Shown piece by piece: positions 29,524 to 41,738 of a DNA stretch of 64,000 nucleotides (position 1 is the stretch's first letter; each line of letters starts with the position of its first letter). The position numbers were made by a program, and so were the translations under genes. The DNA comes from Candidatus Parcubacteria bacterium (lineage in GTDB: Bacteria; Patescibacteriota; Minisyncoccia; UBA6257; HR35), in NCBI GenBank assembly GCA_026004495.1, contig BPJG01000001.1:560527-624526 (forward strand), given 5' to 3'. The notes under the pieces were generated by a model, which saw only the letters and a list, made by a program, of their open reading frames with translations, searched no databases and was not told where the DNA came from.

Positions 29524-31010
29524 ATGAAAAATCTTAATATATTCAAAAGCCTATGTTAAGACTAAACTTTTATATTTAGTTATTTCCTGCCTAATAAGTT
29601 TATTTATTATTAAAATTATTTTTGCCAGCAAATTTTAAATGATTATTATTTTATGTTGATGAATATATAAACTTAATTTAATTGGTAGATAATAACAAAT
29701 GATCTTTTTATTTAATTTCCTTTTCTAATAATAATAAAATTCATATTACTAATTCTTATCTCAATAACACTCGCAAGGAGGGTGATAATCCTATTTTTAT
29801 TCAATCAACTAGTTAAGCACGAACCAATTTTAATATTTCTCTTAGAAATCATAGATCAGCAACGGAAATTTATAAATTTATTACTTCCTATGAGTATGAT
29901 AATCCATCATCATCATTAGTTTTTTAAAGTCTAAAGATGATATTAGATTAATAATTAAAAGAATTATAAGTAATTCTGCTTTAACTTCTAAAATACTTAA
30001 ATTTAATGAAAGATCTAATTATATTTATATTTCTCCTAATCAAATTTTAACTCGAGTTTATAGATGTGATCAAGGGATTCGCTTAATTTTAAAAAAAATT
30101 AATAACCCACCAAATATTAATTAAGTCAATTTTGAATATGATATTCCTAATAGGAAATTTTATTATTAATATTTAGGAACTATTAAGCCTTCTTTATTTT
30201 AAAATAATTAGTTAAAGAAAGCAGACAAACAATATTTGAATTTTTAACTATGACAAATAGAGTTGATGATTCATTTATCATTCCTGTAGGTTTAAATCTT
30301 ATCCCTCTTCAATAAAGATATAATTTAGAATTATTAGTTAAAAATTTAGATAACACTCAGAAATCAAAAATAATTGGCCTTACAAACCGAAATTACATTT
30401 TTAATAATCTTCAATTAAAAATATTTTTAGTCAAAAATATTTCTTCTTAAATCGCAGAAATATGGGTTTTAACAAGTAGAATTTCTGATTTATTAAGTGA
30501 GATTAATAATAGATTTATTATTAATTATGGCACTGAAACCAATCCCATTTATGGGAATAAATTTTTAGTTAATAAATGATGTAGATTTGAAAATATTATC
30601 TATTACTGTGCCAACATCGTTTGATGAATTTACCTCCGGTCATTAAATATAATTTTTATGTTACCCTAATTAATGATGCTAATTTAATTACGACTTCAAC
30701 TATTTATAATTTTACTACCTTAGGTTCAACAACGCCTATAGTTAATAATCTTCAAGTAAACTATAATTCACCTCGAGACAATATTTATGCTTAATAATTA
30801 AAGGAAGGGTAATAGATAAAAATACCCTCTGAGATTTGAAGCTCGATTAAATAAGCAGGAAATTCCAATAAGATTTTTTAATAATCTATTTGAATTCAAT
30901 CTAAACAATATCTAAGTTACAACGACTTCTGAATTAGGGATTATAATTCGAAATAATTTAAACCCTGAAAGAGTTCTTAATTTTTTTTTACCTAATTTAT
31001 CTCGATAGAA
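29524..31010 (+). pseudogene. Decayed gene for a large secreted/surface protein
   Basis: Signal-like fragment KLLYLVISCLISLFIIKIIFA and long protein-like stretches broken by TAA and frameshifts (NISLRNHRSATEIYKFITSYEYDNP; PNQILTRVYRCDQGIRL; TTSTIYNFTTLGSTTPIV). Boundaries approximate. Confidence 0.55.
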
Positions 31011-31168
31011 ATTTAATTTCTAAAATTATATTTTTTATATTTTTATTAAAATTTAAATAAAATTTATAAAAATTTCTATTTTATTTTTTAAAATTACTAA
31101 AATATTTTACATAAATATATATATAAATAAATTTTTAAAAAATATTTATTCTTATTTAATTTATTATT

Positions 31169-32317
31169 TTATTCAATTTCTTCTATTACTATTTCATCTC
31201 CTAAAATATAGGCAATTATAGCTTTATTGTCTTTGGTAAAAGTAAAATCAACCTTATCATAAGGACCATATATTTTATCATTTATTTGAACATAGTATTT
31301 ATTATTTTCTCTATAAGACCATCCATATTTTGAACTATCAGGAGAGAATAATTTTGAACTATCAGGAGAGAATATTACGCCATAAATATTATCATAAGGC
31401 CCATAAATTTTATCATTTAGTTGAATATAGTATTTATTATCTTTTATATATTTCCATCCATATTTTGAACCATCAGGTGAGAATGTTATGTCATAAAAAT
31501 AATCATAAGGACCATAATCATAAGGCCCATATATTTTATCATTTAGTTGAATATAGTATTTATTATCTTTTATATAATACCATCCATATTTTGAACCATC
31601 AGGTGAGAATATTACGCCATAAACATAATCATCATAAGGCCCATAGATTTTATCATTTACTTGAACATACCATTTATCATCTTTTTTATATCTCCATCCA
31701 TATTTTGAACTATCAATAGAGAATGTTATAAAATCAAAATAATCATAAGGCCCATATATTTTATCATTTAGTTGAACATAGTATTGATTATCTTTTTTAT
31801 AAGTTAAGTATACATACTTACCTCTTGTTTCTTCTAATCTTACTCCTGTAATAGACTCTCTATCTAACAATAATTTATATTTTCTTACTCTTCCTTCTTC
31901 TTTCTTAGTTTCTTCTTTCTTAGTTTCCAATTTTATATCTTTACCTTTTATAGGAAATACTTTATTATCTTTTTTCCTTTTAAATGTTAATAATCTAAGT
32001 GTATCCTTATTTATTAATCTTCCTCTAAATTCTCCTGTATTATTATTATTTTCATCATATTCTTTAAGGATAACAGTTTTAGTCTTAAGATTAATCTCTC
32101 CTTCTAATTTTAACCATTTTCCTACTTTATCATATTTATATCTTCATTCTATTTTATTACTATTATCTTTTTGAGATAATTCAAGAGTAATAGGATAATT
32201 AGATATTTTTAGATTATAAGTATTAGTAATTTTATTAGTAGTTATTGTTTGAGCATTAGAAAATAAGGGAGAAAGAATAAGAGAGATAAGGATTAAAGAG
32301 ATTATTAGTTTTTTCAT
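31169..32317 (-). pseudogene. Secreted beta-propeller-like (TolB/PD40-type FSPDG) repeat protein interrupted by one in-frame TGA
   Basis: ATG 32317 (MKKLIISLILISLILSPLFSNA signal peptide) is in frame with track ORF 31169..31930. The only internal stop is TGA at codon 58 (32146-32144). Confidence 0.75.
31250..31800 (-). repeat. Intragenic tandem repeat, about 4.5 units of 111-126 bp, with 24-bp and 15-bp micro-duplications
   Basis: The anchor TGAAC(T/C)ATCA recurs at 31331, 31355, 31466, 31592 and 31706. The protein unit is FSPDGSKYGWxYxKDNKYYxQLNDKIYGPYD. Confidence 0.9.
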
Positions 32318-32680
32318 TATTATTTATTGTTTTTTTAAGTTTTTGACTATTTATATTATATAATTATATTATTTAAAATAAATTAATAAACATTATTTTA
32401 ATTATAATATACTTGAATTTTTTTATTCAATATTATATAATTACAATATTATAATTTAAAATATTGTTAATATAATATATAAATTTTATATTTTATAATA
32501 GAAAAATTTTTTCTAAATTAATAAATTTTTAAAATAATTTTTATAGGTAATTTCAAAATTATTAACAATTTTTAAGCTATATTAATAATTAAAAAATTGA
32601 GATAATTTAAATAGTTTTAGATAATTTTTTGAAAAAGTTTATAAATTTAATATTTTAATTATTAAAATTATATATAATTA

Positions 32681-32712
32681 ATAGGAAATTGACGAATTGT
32701 TCAATTTCCTAT
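32681..32712 (+). promoter_or_regulatory. Hairpin/inverted repeat in the groES leader
   Basis: ATAGGAAATTGA-CGAATTGT-TCAATTTCCTAT, a 12-bp perfect stem just downstream of TATAAT at 32673. Confidence 0.75.
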
Positions 32713-32723
32713 GAGTAAAATTT

Positions 32724-34711
<1,988 letters not shown>

Positions 34712-34764
34712 ATAATTTGATAATTCCAATTGGTAAATAAAATTATTGGCTAAATTAAAATTTG

Positions 34765-35643
34765 ATGCTAGATTTTAAAAAAAAGTTATTTTTTGTATTG
34801 TTGGTGTTATCTATTTTCTTATTTTTTTTAAGTTTTATAAATTTTCAATCAATTAAAAAAAATAAATTAAATATTGTTGTTACTAATGGAGCAGTTTATG
34901 ATTTTGTTAGAAATATAGCAAATGATAAAGTTAACATAATAAGATTAGATTATTATAATGATTTATCTAAAAATAAAAAAATATCGCTATCACTTAATGA
35001 TCTTGAGAAATTAAACTCAGCTAACTTAATATTAAAAATTGGATTTGATTTTGATAATTGGTTAGATGATAATTTCAAGGGTAGATATTATTATCTTTAT
35101 AATAAAGTATTTCTGATTAAAGATGAAGACGAAGCTAATCCTTATTATTGGCTATCAATTAAAAACGCTCAAATTATTATTAGAGATATTAATCAAATTT
35201 TAAAAAGTTACGATCCTAATAATTCTTTTTATTATGATAAAAAAACTTATGATTATTTACTAAAGTTAAAAGAATTAGAAGAGTATGCTAATAATAATTT
35301 AAATAATTTAAAGAATAAAAAATTGGTAATAATTACTCATCCATCGTTAAAGTATTTATTAAAAGACTATGAGATAAAAACTATTGAAATTGATAAACTA
35401 AATGAAATTAAAGCTTCTGAGGTTTTAAAATTGGTTAAATTAATTAAGGATAATCAAATTAAAGTAATTTTTAGCGAAAAGAATTTAATTTTTAATGATT
35501 TCTTGGTGCAAATTATCAATCTTTATGATTTGAAGTTGTATTTTTTGGATAGTATTATATCTATTGATCCAGAAACAAGTTATTATAATTTAATGAAAGA
35601 AAACTTTGATAAAATTAAAGAAGCTTTAAGTGAGAATAATTAA
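34765..35643 (+). CDS. ZnuA/TroA-like metal ABC substrate-binding protein with degenerate ligands
   Basis: N-terminal TM, NIVVT..VYDFVRNIANDKV, NPYYWLS and THPSLKY. Confidence 0.75.
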   Translation: MLDFKKKLFFVLLVLSIFLFFLSFINFQSIKKNKLNIVVTNGAVYDFVRNIANDKVNIIRLDYYNDLSKNKKISLSLNDLEKLNSANLILKIGFDFDNWLDDNFKGRYYYLYNKVFLIKDEDEANPYYWLSIKNAQIIIRDINQILKSYDPNNSFYYDKKTYDYLLKLKELEEYANNNLNNLKNKKLVIITHPSLKYLLKDYEIKTIEIDKLNEIKASEVLKLVKLIKDNQIKVIFSEKNLIFNDFLVQIINLYDLKLYFLDSIISIDPETSYYNLMKENFDKIKEALSENN

Positions 35644-35727
35644 TTATAAAAATATTTAAAGAGATAAAGTTTAATATAATAGTATATTAGATAATAAAAT
35701 TTTTTAATTTATTTAAAATTTAGACAT

Positions 35728-36678
35728 ATGAAGATTAAAAATTTAAGTCAATTAGCTAAATTTTTAGATAGTAAAATAAAAGAATCTAAAAATATTTTAA
35801 TAGTTTCTCATACTAATCCTGATCCTGATTGTCTTTTTTCTCAATTAAGCTTATATTATATATTAAAATATAGATATCCTAATAAAAATTTTATTTTATT
35901 TAACAAAGATTATAATTATCAAAAAGATAATCTTAAAATTATTAACAATGATTTAAGATTAATTGTAAATAGTTTGAGCTGTAGAAAAGATGATATTGAT
36001 TTGATAATAGGTATTGAAATTACTAACGAAGAAAGATTTGGCTTAATAAAAGATTTAATCGATTACAATAAAATTATTATAATTGACCATCATAACTCTT
36101 TTTCGTTAAAATCTTGTTATTATTATTTAGAGGCCAATAGTGAGAGTTGTTCGATTATTATTTTTAAATTAGCTAATTATTTTAATTTTAAAAAAGATTT
36201 GAAATTTAAAATAAATATTTTATCAGGTATAATAGGTGATACAGTGGGTTTTAGATATATTATTAACAGAAAAACTTTTTTAATTTTATCTCAAATATTT
36301 GATGAAAAAATTAAAGTTTTTTTTCTTATAAAACAAATATTTGGATTTAATTTTTTTGAACTAAAAAAAATAACTAAATTAATTGATCAAATTAAAATTT
36401 ATAAAAAGAAGAAATTATTGGTAATTTTTTTAAGTAAAAATAATAAATTTAAAAAAATTAATTCTTTTTTAGAATATTTAAGATTAATTAAAGAAATTGA
36501 AGTAATTGTTCTATTAAAAGAAAAAAGAGGTAAAATTTATGGTAGTTTAAGATCAGAAAGGGTAGATGTTAGTCAAATAGCTCAAAAATTTAATGGTGGA
36601 GGTCATAAAAATTCAGCTGGTTTTGTGAGTAATTTACCAGTAAAAAAAATTATTAATTTTATCCTAAAGGAAATTTAA
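35728..36678 (+). CDS. DHH/DHHA1 phosphoesterase (NrnA-like)
   Basis: SHTNPDPD, IDHH, GDT, SLRS and GGGHKNSAG. Confidence 0.92.
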   Translation: MKIKNLSQLAKFLDSKIKESKNILIVSHTNPDPDCLFSQLSLYYILKYRYPNKNFILFNKDYNYQKDNLKIINNDLRLIVNSLSCRKDDIDLIIGIEITNEERFGLIKDLIDYNKIIIIDHHNSFSLKSCYYYLEANSESCSIIIFKLANYFNFKKDLKFKINILSGIIGDTVGFRYIINRKTFLILSQIFDEKIKVFFLIKQIFGFNFFELKKITKLIDQIKIYKKKKLLVIFLSKNNKFKKINSFLEYLRLIKEIEVIVLLKEKRGKIYGSLRSERVDVSQIAQKFNGGGHKNSAGFVSNLPVKKIINFILKEI

Positions 36679-36685
36679 AAATTTA

Positions 36686-37597
36686 ATGGACGGCATTGTT
36701 TTATTTTATAAACCAGAAAATTTTTATTCTACTGATGTAGTTAATTATTTTAAAAAATTTACTGATAAAAAAGTAGGCCATGGTGGAACTTTAGATAAAT
36801 TAGCTCAAGGATTATTGATAATTGGAATTGGAAATGGAACTAAATATTTAAAATACTTTTTAAATAAGAGTAAAAAAAATTATTTAGCAGAAATAAAATT
36901 TGGTTATATTTCAGAAACCTATGATAGAGAAGGGAAGTTAAAATTCATTAATAATTGCTATTTTGATATAGAAGAAATTAAAAAGGTTATAGAAAAATTT
37001 AGAGGCAAAATTAAGCAACAACCACCTCCATTTTCAGCTATTAAGATAAAAGGAAAAAGAGCTTATAAACTTGCTAGACAAAATAAAGAATTTGAAATTA
37101 ACTCAAAGGAAGTATATTTGTATGATTATAGAATTATTAATTACGATCCACAAAAGAATATTTTAAAAATAATGCTAAAAGTTAGCTCAGGTTTTTATGT
37201 TAGAAGTTTTGCTAATGATTTAGGCATTAAACTAAAGTGTGGTGCAATTTTATGGAAATTAGTTAGAGAAAAAATAAATTCTTTTAGTATTAATAAAGCG
37301 TTAACTTTTAAAGATTTAGAAAATAATTTTTTAGAGTTTAAAGCTTTTATTAAGGGGAAGGTTCAGGGAGTAGGTTTTCGTTATTATTGTTTAAGTGAAG
37401 CTATAAGATTAAAAATAAATGGTTATGTTAAAAATTTAGATAATGGTCAAGTTAAAGTAGTAGCTCAGGGAAATTTTAATTCTTTGATAAATTTATATGA
37501 AAAATTAAAAATAGGTTCTAAATTATCAAGGGTTGATGAAATTATTGCTATTTGGCAAAAACCTGTATTTATTTATAATAATTTTGAAATTTTTTAA
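36686..37597 (+). CDS. truB: tRNA pseudouridine-55 synthase fused to a C-terminal acylphosphatase domain
   Basis: GHGGTLD, PPPFSAIK and SSGFYVRS, then from about aa 216 GKVQGVGFR...GYVKNLDNGQV. Confidence 0.9.
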   Translation: MDGIVLFYKPENFYSTDVVNYFKKFTDKKVGHGGTLDKLAQGLLIIGIGNGTKYLKYFLNKSKKNYLAEIKFGYISETYDREGKLKFINNCYFDIEEIKKVIEKFRGKIKQQPPPFSAIKIKGKRAYKLARQNKEFEINSKEVYLYDYRIINYDPQKNILKIMLKVSSGFYVRSFANDLGIKLKCGAILWKLVREKINSFSINKALTFKDLENNFLEFKAFIKGKVQGVGFRYYCLSEAIRLKINGYVKNLDNGQVKVVAQGNFNSLINLYEKLKIGSKLSRVDEIIAIWQKPVFIYNNFEIF

Positions 37598-37598
37598 A

Positions 37599-38849
37599 AT
37601 GGAAATTTTATTTGAAAATGTAAATTTTAAACAAACAGTTTTAAAAAATACTTTCTGGTTATATTTAGGTAATTTTATTTCAAAAGTAATTAAATTTTTA
37701 ATAATAATTTTATCAGCTAGATATCTAGGCCCTGAAAATTATGGTAATTTTTCTTATATTTTAGCAATTATAGGAATATTTTTTAGTTTTGTAGATTGGG
37801 GCAGCGGATCTCTAACTATTAGAGATTACCAATTAGTTAGCGATAAAAGAAAATTATTTAACAGTTTTATAAGTTTTAGATTGATATTACTTCTGATATC
37901 TTTATTTTTTATTTTTTCTATTTTTTTATTATTTAAAGATTTTCATTCCCGCTTAATTGCTTTAATTATTTTTATTTTTACTTTTATTTCTCATTTAAAG
38001 TATATAATTACTAATATTTTTCAAGCTTTAAAAAAAATGGAATATGATGGGCTTTCATTTATAATAGAAAATTTTTCTATTTTTATTTTTGTGGTCTTTT
38101 TGGTTAGGAATTTCCCTGATTCATTTTATCTATCATTATCTTATCTAATAGGTATAGTAATTTCACTTATTTATTGTCTTTTTATTTTTTCAAAATTTTT
38201 TAGGTTAAAAGATTTGCATTTTGTATCTGATTATTTTAAGTATTTTTTAATAAATGGAACACCTTTATTATTTTTTGGAATATTAGGATTTATTTTTTTT
38301 TCAACAGATCAAATAGTTTTAGGCTATTTAAGGGGTAGTGAGGAAGTAGGTTATTATAGTTTAGCTTCAAAAATAATAATAAATCTAAATTTAATTATTT
38401 CCTTATTTTTAGCATCTTTTTTGCCTAATTTTAGCGAAATTAGAGATAATAAGCAAAGAGTTTTGGGAATTTTAAATAAAGTTCTTATTTATAATTTTCT
38501 AATTTATTTTATACTAATAACTATTTTAATTTTAATTCCTAAAAACTTATTAATTTTTATATTAGGAGATAATTACGCATTTACAATTGATTTACTTAAA
38601 TTTTTAGCCCCCTTTATTTTATTACTTTCAAATATCACTATTTTAGATAATATTCTTTTTGTTTATAATCAGCAATGGAATAATTTTTTTATTACTTCTA
38701 TTTGTGCCTTATTAAATTTAATTTTAAATTTAATATTGATTCCTAATTATGGAGGTTATGGAGCTGGTTTAGCTACTTATATAAGTCAATTACTTAACTT
38801 AATTTTATCTTTTTATTTAATTAGAAAAATTATTTTTAATAGAATATAA
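37599..38849 (+). CDS. Wzx-like polysaccharide flippase (MOP family)
   Basis: KNTFWL, ARYLGPENYG, EEVGYYSLA, LIPNYGGYGAGLAT and many TM helices. Confidence 0.88.
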   Translation: MEILFENVNFKQTVLKNTFWLYLGNFISKVIKFLIIILSARYLGPENYGNFSYILAIIGIFFSFVDWGSGSLTIRDYQLVSDKRKLFNSFISFRLILLLISLFFIFSIFLLFKDFHSRLIALIIFIFTFISHLKYIITNIFQALKKMEYDGLSFIIENFSIFIFVVFLVRNFPDSFYLSLSYLIGIVISLIYCLFIFSKFFRLKDLHFVSDYFKYFLINGTPLLFFGILGFIFFSTDQIVLGYLRGSEEVGYYSLASKIIINLNLIISLFLASFLPNFSEIRDNKQRVLGILNKVLIYNFLIYFILITILILIPKNLLIFILGDNYAFTIDLLKFLAPFILLLSNITILDNILFVYNQQWNNFFITSICALLNLILNLILIPNYGGYGAGLATYISQLLNLILSFYLIRKIIFNRI

Positions 38850-38995
38850 TCAAATAACCAATAAATTAAAGCAAATATTGAGGTAAAAATAATTATATTT
38901 ATGGTTAAACTTATCGTTTCGTTTAAGCTTAACCAATTAACTTTTTTTAATTCATTTATAGATTCCCTAAAATAATTTAAAATAAATTTAATCAT
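38813..38995 (-). CDS. secE: Preprotein translocase subunit SecE
   Basis: FRESINELKKVNW motif, a single TM and a terminal D; 60 aa. Confidence 0.88.
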   Translation of the reverse strand: MIKFILNYFRESINELKKVNWLSLNETISLTINIIIFTSIFALIYWLFDYILLKIIFLIK

Positions 38996-38998
38996 TTT

Positions 38999-41611
38999 TT
39001 ATTTTAGATAACTGATTTCTAATTCTTTATTAGATTTTAATTTAAGTAAAATTTTTTGACCTTCTTTAATTTTATTCATTATAATTTTTTCAGCTAATGG
39101 ATTAAGGATAATTTTTTGAATCATTCTTTGTAATGGTCTGGCTCCATATTCAGGATCGAATCCTTTTTCAATAAGATAATTTTTAATTTCTTCACTAAAT
39201 TCAATTTTCATACCTTTCTTTATCAAGTTATTTGCTACTTTATTTAATTGAATATCAACTATCTTTCTTAGGCTTTCTTTAGTTAATGGTTTAAAGATTA
39301 TAATTTCATCTATTCTATTAATAAATTCTGGTTTAAAAAAATCCTTTAAAGATTTCAAAACTTTATCTTGCTGATTTTCTATTTCATTGGTTTCGTTTTT
39401 CTCAAATCCAAGAGAACCTATCTTTCTAAAATAATAACTACCAATATTTGAAGTCATAATTATTATTGTATTTCTAAAATTAACAGTAAAACCCTTACTA
39501 TCGGTTAATCTTCCTTCATCTAAAATTTGAAGAAGTATATTAAATACTTCAGGATGAGCCTTTTCAATTTCATCAAATAATATTAAGCTATAAGGTCGTC
39601 TTTTAACCATTTCTGTTAATTGACCACCTTCTTCATAACCAACATAACCTGGGGGAGAACCTATTAATTTGGCTACTGAATGAGGTTCCATATATTCTGA
39701 CATATCAAATCTTATTATCGCTTTTTCATCATTGAACATAAATTCTGATAAAGCTCGAGCGGTTTCAGTTTTTCCTACACCGGTTGGACCTAAGAATATA
39801 AATGAAGCTATTGGTTTTTTTTCATCAGATAAACCAGCCCTAGCTCTTCTTAAAGCATTAGCTACAGCACTGATTGCTTCATCTTGTCCTATTACTCTTT
39901 GTTTAAGTATTTCTTCTGCTTTTAATAATTTTTTAGCTTCATCTTCTAAAATTTTATGAACAGGAATGCCGGTCCAGCGAGATACTATTTGAGCTATTGT
40001 TTCTTCTGTTACTTCTTCTCTTATAAACTTAAGTTTATTTTTTTTAATATTTTCTTCAATTTCGTTTATTTCTTTATTAATTAGAGGAATTTCTCCATAG
40101 ATTATTTCTGCAACACGAGAAAGATTTCCTTTATTTTCTTGTTCTTCAATTTCTCTTTGAAGATCTTCTATCTTCTTTTTTAATGAATTATATCTTTCTT
40201 TAATTGATTTTTCCTTATTCCATTCATTTTCTAATTTTTCCTCAATTTTTTTTAATTTTTTTAATTTGGCATCAATTAATTTCAATTTATTTTTATAATT
40301 TTCATTTTCCTTCATTAAGGCTTCTCTTTCAATTTCTAATTTTCTAATTTCTTTTTTGATATTTTCTAATTCTTGAGGCATACTTTCAGCTTCTAATCTT
40401 AAACTTGCCGAGGCTTCATCAATTAAATCAATTGCCTTGTCAGGCAGAAATCTGTCTGTTATATATCTTATTGATAAATCTACAGCCGCAATTATTGCAC
40501 TATCAGTAATTCTAATTCCATGATGAATTTCATATTTTTCTTTTAAGCCTCTTAAAATAGCGATAGTATCATCTCTTTTAGGTTCTTCAATCAAAACTGG
40601 TTGAAATCTTCTCATTAAAGCAGGGTCTTTTTCAAAGTATAACTTATAATCTCGAATAGTTGTAGCTCCAATTATTTGAATTTCTCCTTTAGCTAATGGT
40701 GGTTTTAAAAGATTAGAAGCGTCAACTGCACCTTCAGCGGCGCCTGCTCCTACTAAAGTATGAGCTTCGTCGATAAAAATAATAAATTTACCGGGATTAT
40801 GTTTTATTTCTCTTAAAATTGATTTTAATCTGTCTTCAAATTCACCTCTATATTTTGCTCCAGCTATTAAAGCTCCTAAGTCTAGAGAAATTATTTCTTT
40901 ATTGATTAGAGAATAAGGAACTTCGTTATTTACAATTTTTTGAGCTAATCCTTCGATAATAGCAGTTTTACCTACTCCTGGTTCTCCTAGTAAAATAGGA
41001 TTATTTTTTGTTCTTCTTGATAAAATTTCTATTATTCTTTTAATTTCATTTTCTCTTCCTATTATAGGATCCAATTTTTTTTGTTTAGCTAATTCTGTCA
41101 AGTTAATACTATATTTTTCTAAGGCCCTATACTTAGTTTCTGGAGTTTCATCAATAATTTTTTGACCTCGACGTAAATTTAAAAGAATTTTTGATATCCT
41201 TTCATTCGTTAAACCAAATCTTTCTAAAATATATTTAGCTACTGATTTTATTTCGGTTAAAGCTAAAAATATATGTTCTACAGAAATAAATTCATCATTT
41301 AATTTTCTGGCTATCAATGAAGCTTGATCTAAAATTTGAAATGTTTCTTGAGCTAAGTATAGTTGTCCAATATTAGTTACCGAAAAAATTTTTGGTATTC
41401 GATTTAATTCCTCTTCAATTATTTTTAGAAGATAATTTTTATCTAATTTTACCTCTTGAAAAATATCATTAATTATAGTATCTTCTTGAGAAATAAGAGC
41501 ATAAAGTAAATGTATTCCTTTTATTTCAGAATGGTGATATTTTAAAGTAAAATCTTGAGCTTTCTGAAGAGCTTCTTGAGCCTTTATGGTAAATTTATTA
41601 AATGAAAACAT
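38999..41611 (-). CDS. clpB: ATP-dependent chaperone ClpB
   Basis: Two AAA+ modules (GEPGVGKT, GPTGVGKT), a long middle coiled coil and GARPL. Confidence 0.96.
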   Translation of the reverse strand: MFSFNKFTIKAQEALQKAQDFTLKYHHSEIKGIHLLYALISQEDTIINDIFQEVKLDKNYLLKIIEEELNRIPKIFSVTNIGQLYLAQETFQILDQASLIARKLNDEFISVEHIFLALTEIKSVAKYILERFGLTNERISKILLNLRRGQKIIDETPETKYRALEKYSINLTELAKQKKLDPIIGRENEIKRIIEILSRRTKNNPILLGEPGVGKTAIIEGLAQKIVNNEVPYSLINKEIISLDLGALIAGAKYRGEFEDRLKSILREIKHNPGKFIIFIDEAHTLVGAGAAEGAVDASNLLKPPLAKGEIQIIGATTIRDYKLYFEKDPALMRRFQPVLIEEPKRDDTIAILRGLKEKYEIHHGIRITDSAIIAAVDLSIRYITDRFLPDKAIDLIDEASASLRLEAESMPQELENIKKEIRKLEIEREALMKENENYKNKLKLIDAKLKKLKKIEEKLENEWNKEKSIKERYNSLKKKIEDLQREIEEQENKGNLSRVAEIIYGEIPLINKEINEIEENIKKNKLKFIREEVTEETIAQIVSRWTGIPVHKILEDEAKKLLKAEEILKQRVIGQDEAISAVANALRRARAGLSDEKKPIASFIFLGPTGVGKTETARALSEFMFNDEKAIIRFDMSEYMEPHSVAKLIGSPPGYVGYEEGGQLTEMVKRRPYSLILFDEIEKAHPEVFNILLQILDEGRLTDSKGFTVNFRNTIIIMTSNIGSYYFRKIGSLGFEKNETNEIENQQDKVLKSLKDFFKPEFINRIDEIIIFKPLTKESLRKIVDIQLNKVANNLIKKGMKIEFSEEIKNYLIEKGFDPEYGARPLQRMIQKIILNPLAEKIIMNKIKEGQKILLKLKSNKELEISYLK

Positions 41612-41738
41612 AGTAATTTAAGTCTAAAATTAATTACTTTAATTATTTATTATATTATAACATAATTTTAAAGTTAATAAAATTAGTAATTAGTTTAGAG
41701 ACTATATTTATTTATAGAAATAAATTTTTAATTATCTA

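Noticed and set aside
31330-31719. His-rich repetitive plus-strand ORF (129 aa)
   Set aside because: Antisense shadow of the Tyr/Asp-rich repeat gene. It has a TTG start and no independent signals.
31250-31800. Possible CRISPR array or DGR template/variable repeat
   Set aside because: Units are 111-126 bp, coding and frame-preserving, with no unique spacers. Differences include indels rather than looking adenine-specific, and no cas or reverse transcriptase gene is in the window.
32144-32146. Genome-wide UGA=Gly recoding (code 25)
   Set aside because: Conserved genes are intact in code 11 with no internal TGA, and several (rpsR, DUF763, pilins) terminate at TGA.
32681-32712. CIRCE/HrcA operator before groES
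   Set aside because: The arms do not resemble TTAGCACTC-N9-GAGTGCTAA.
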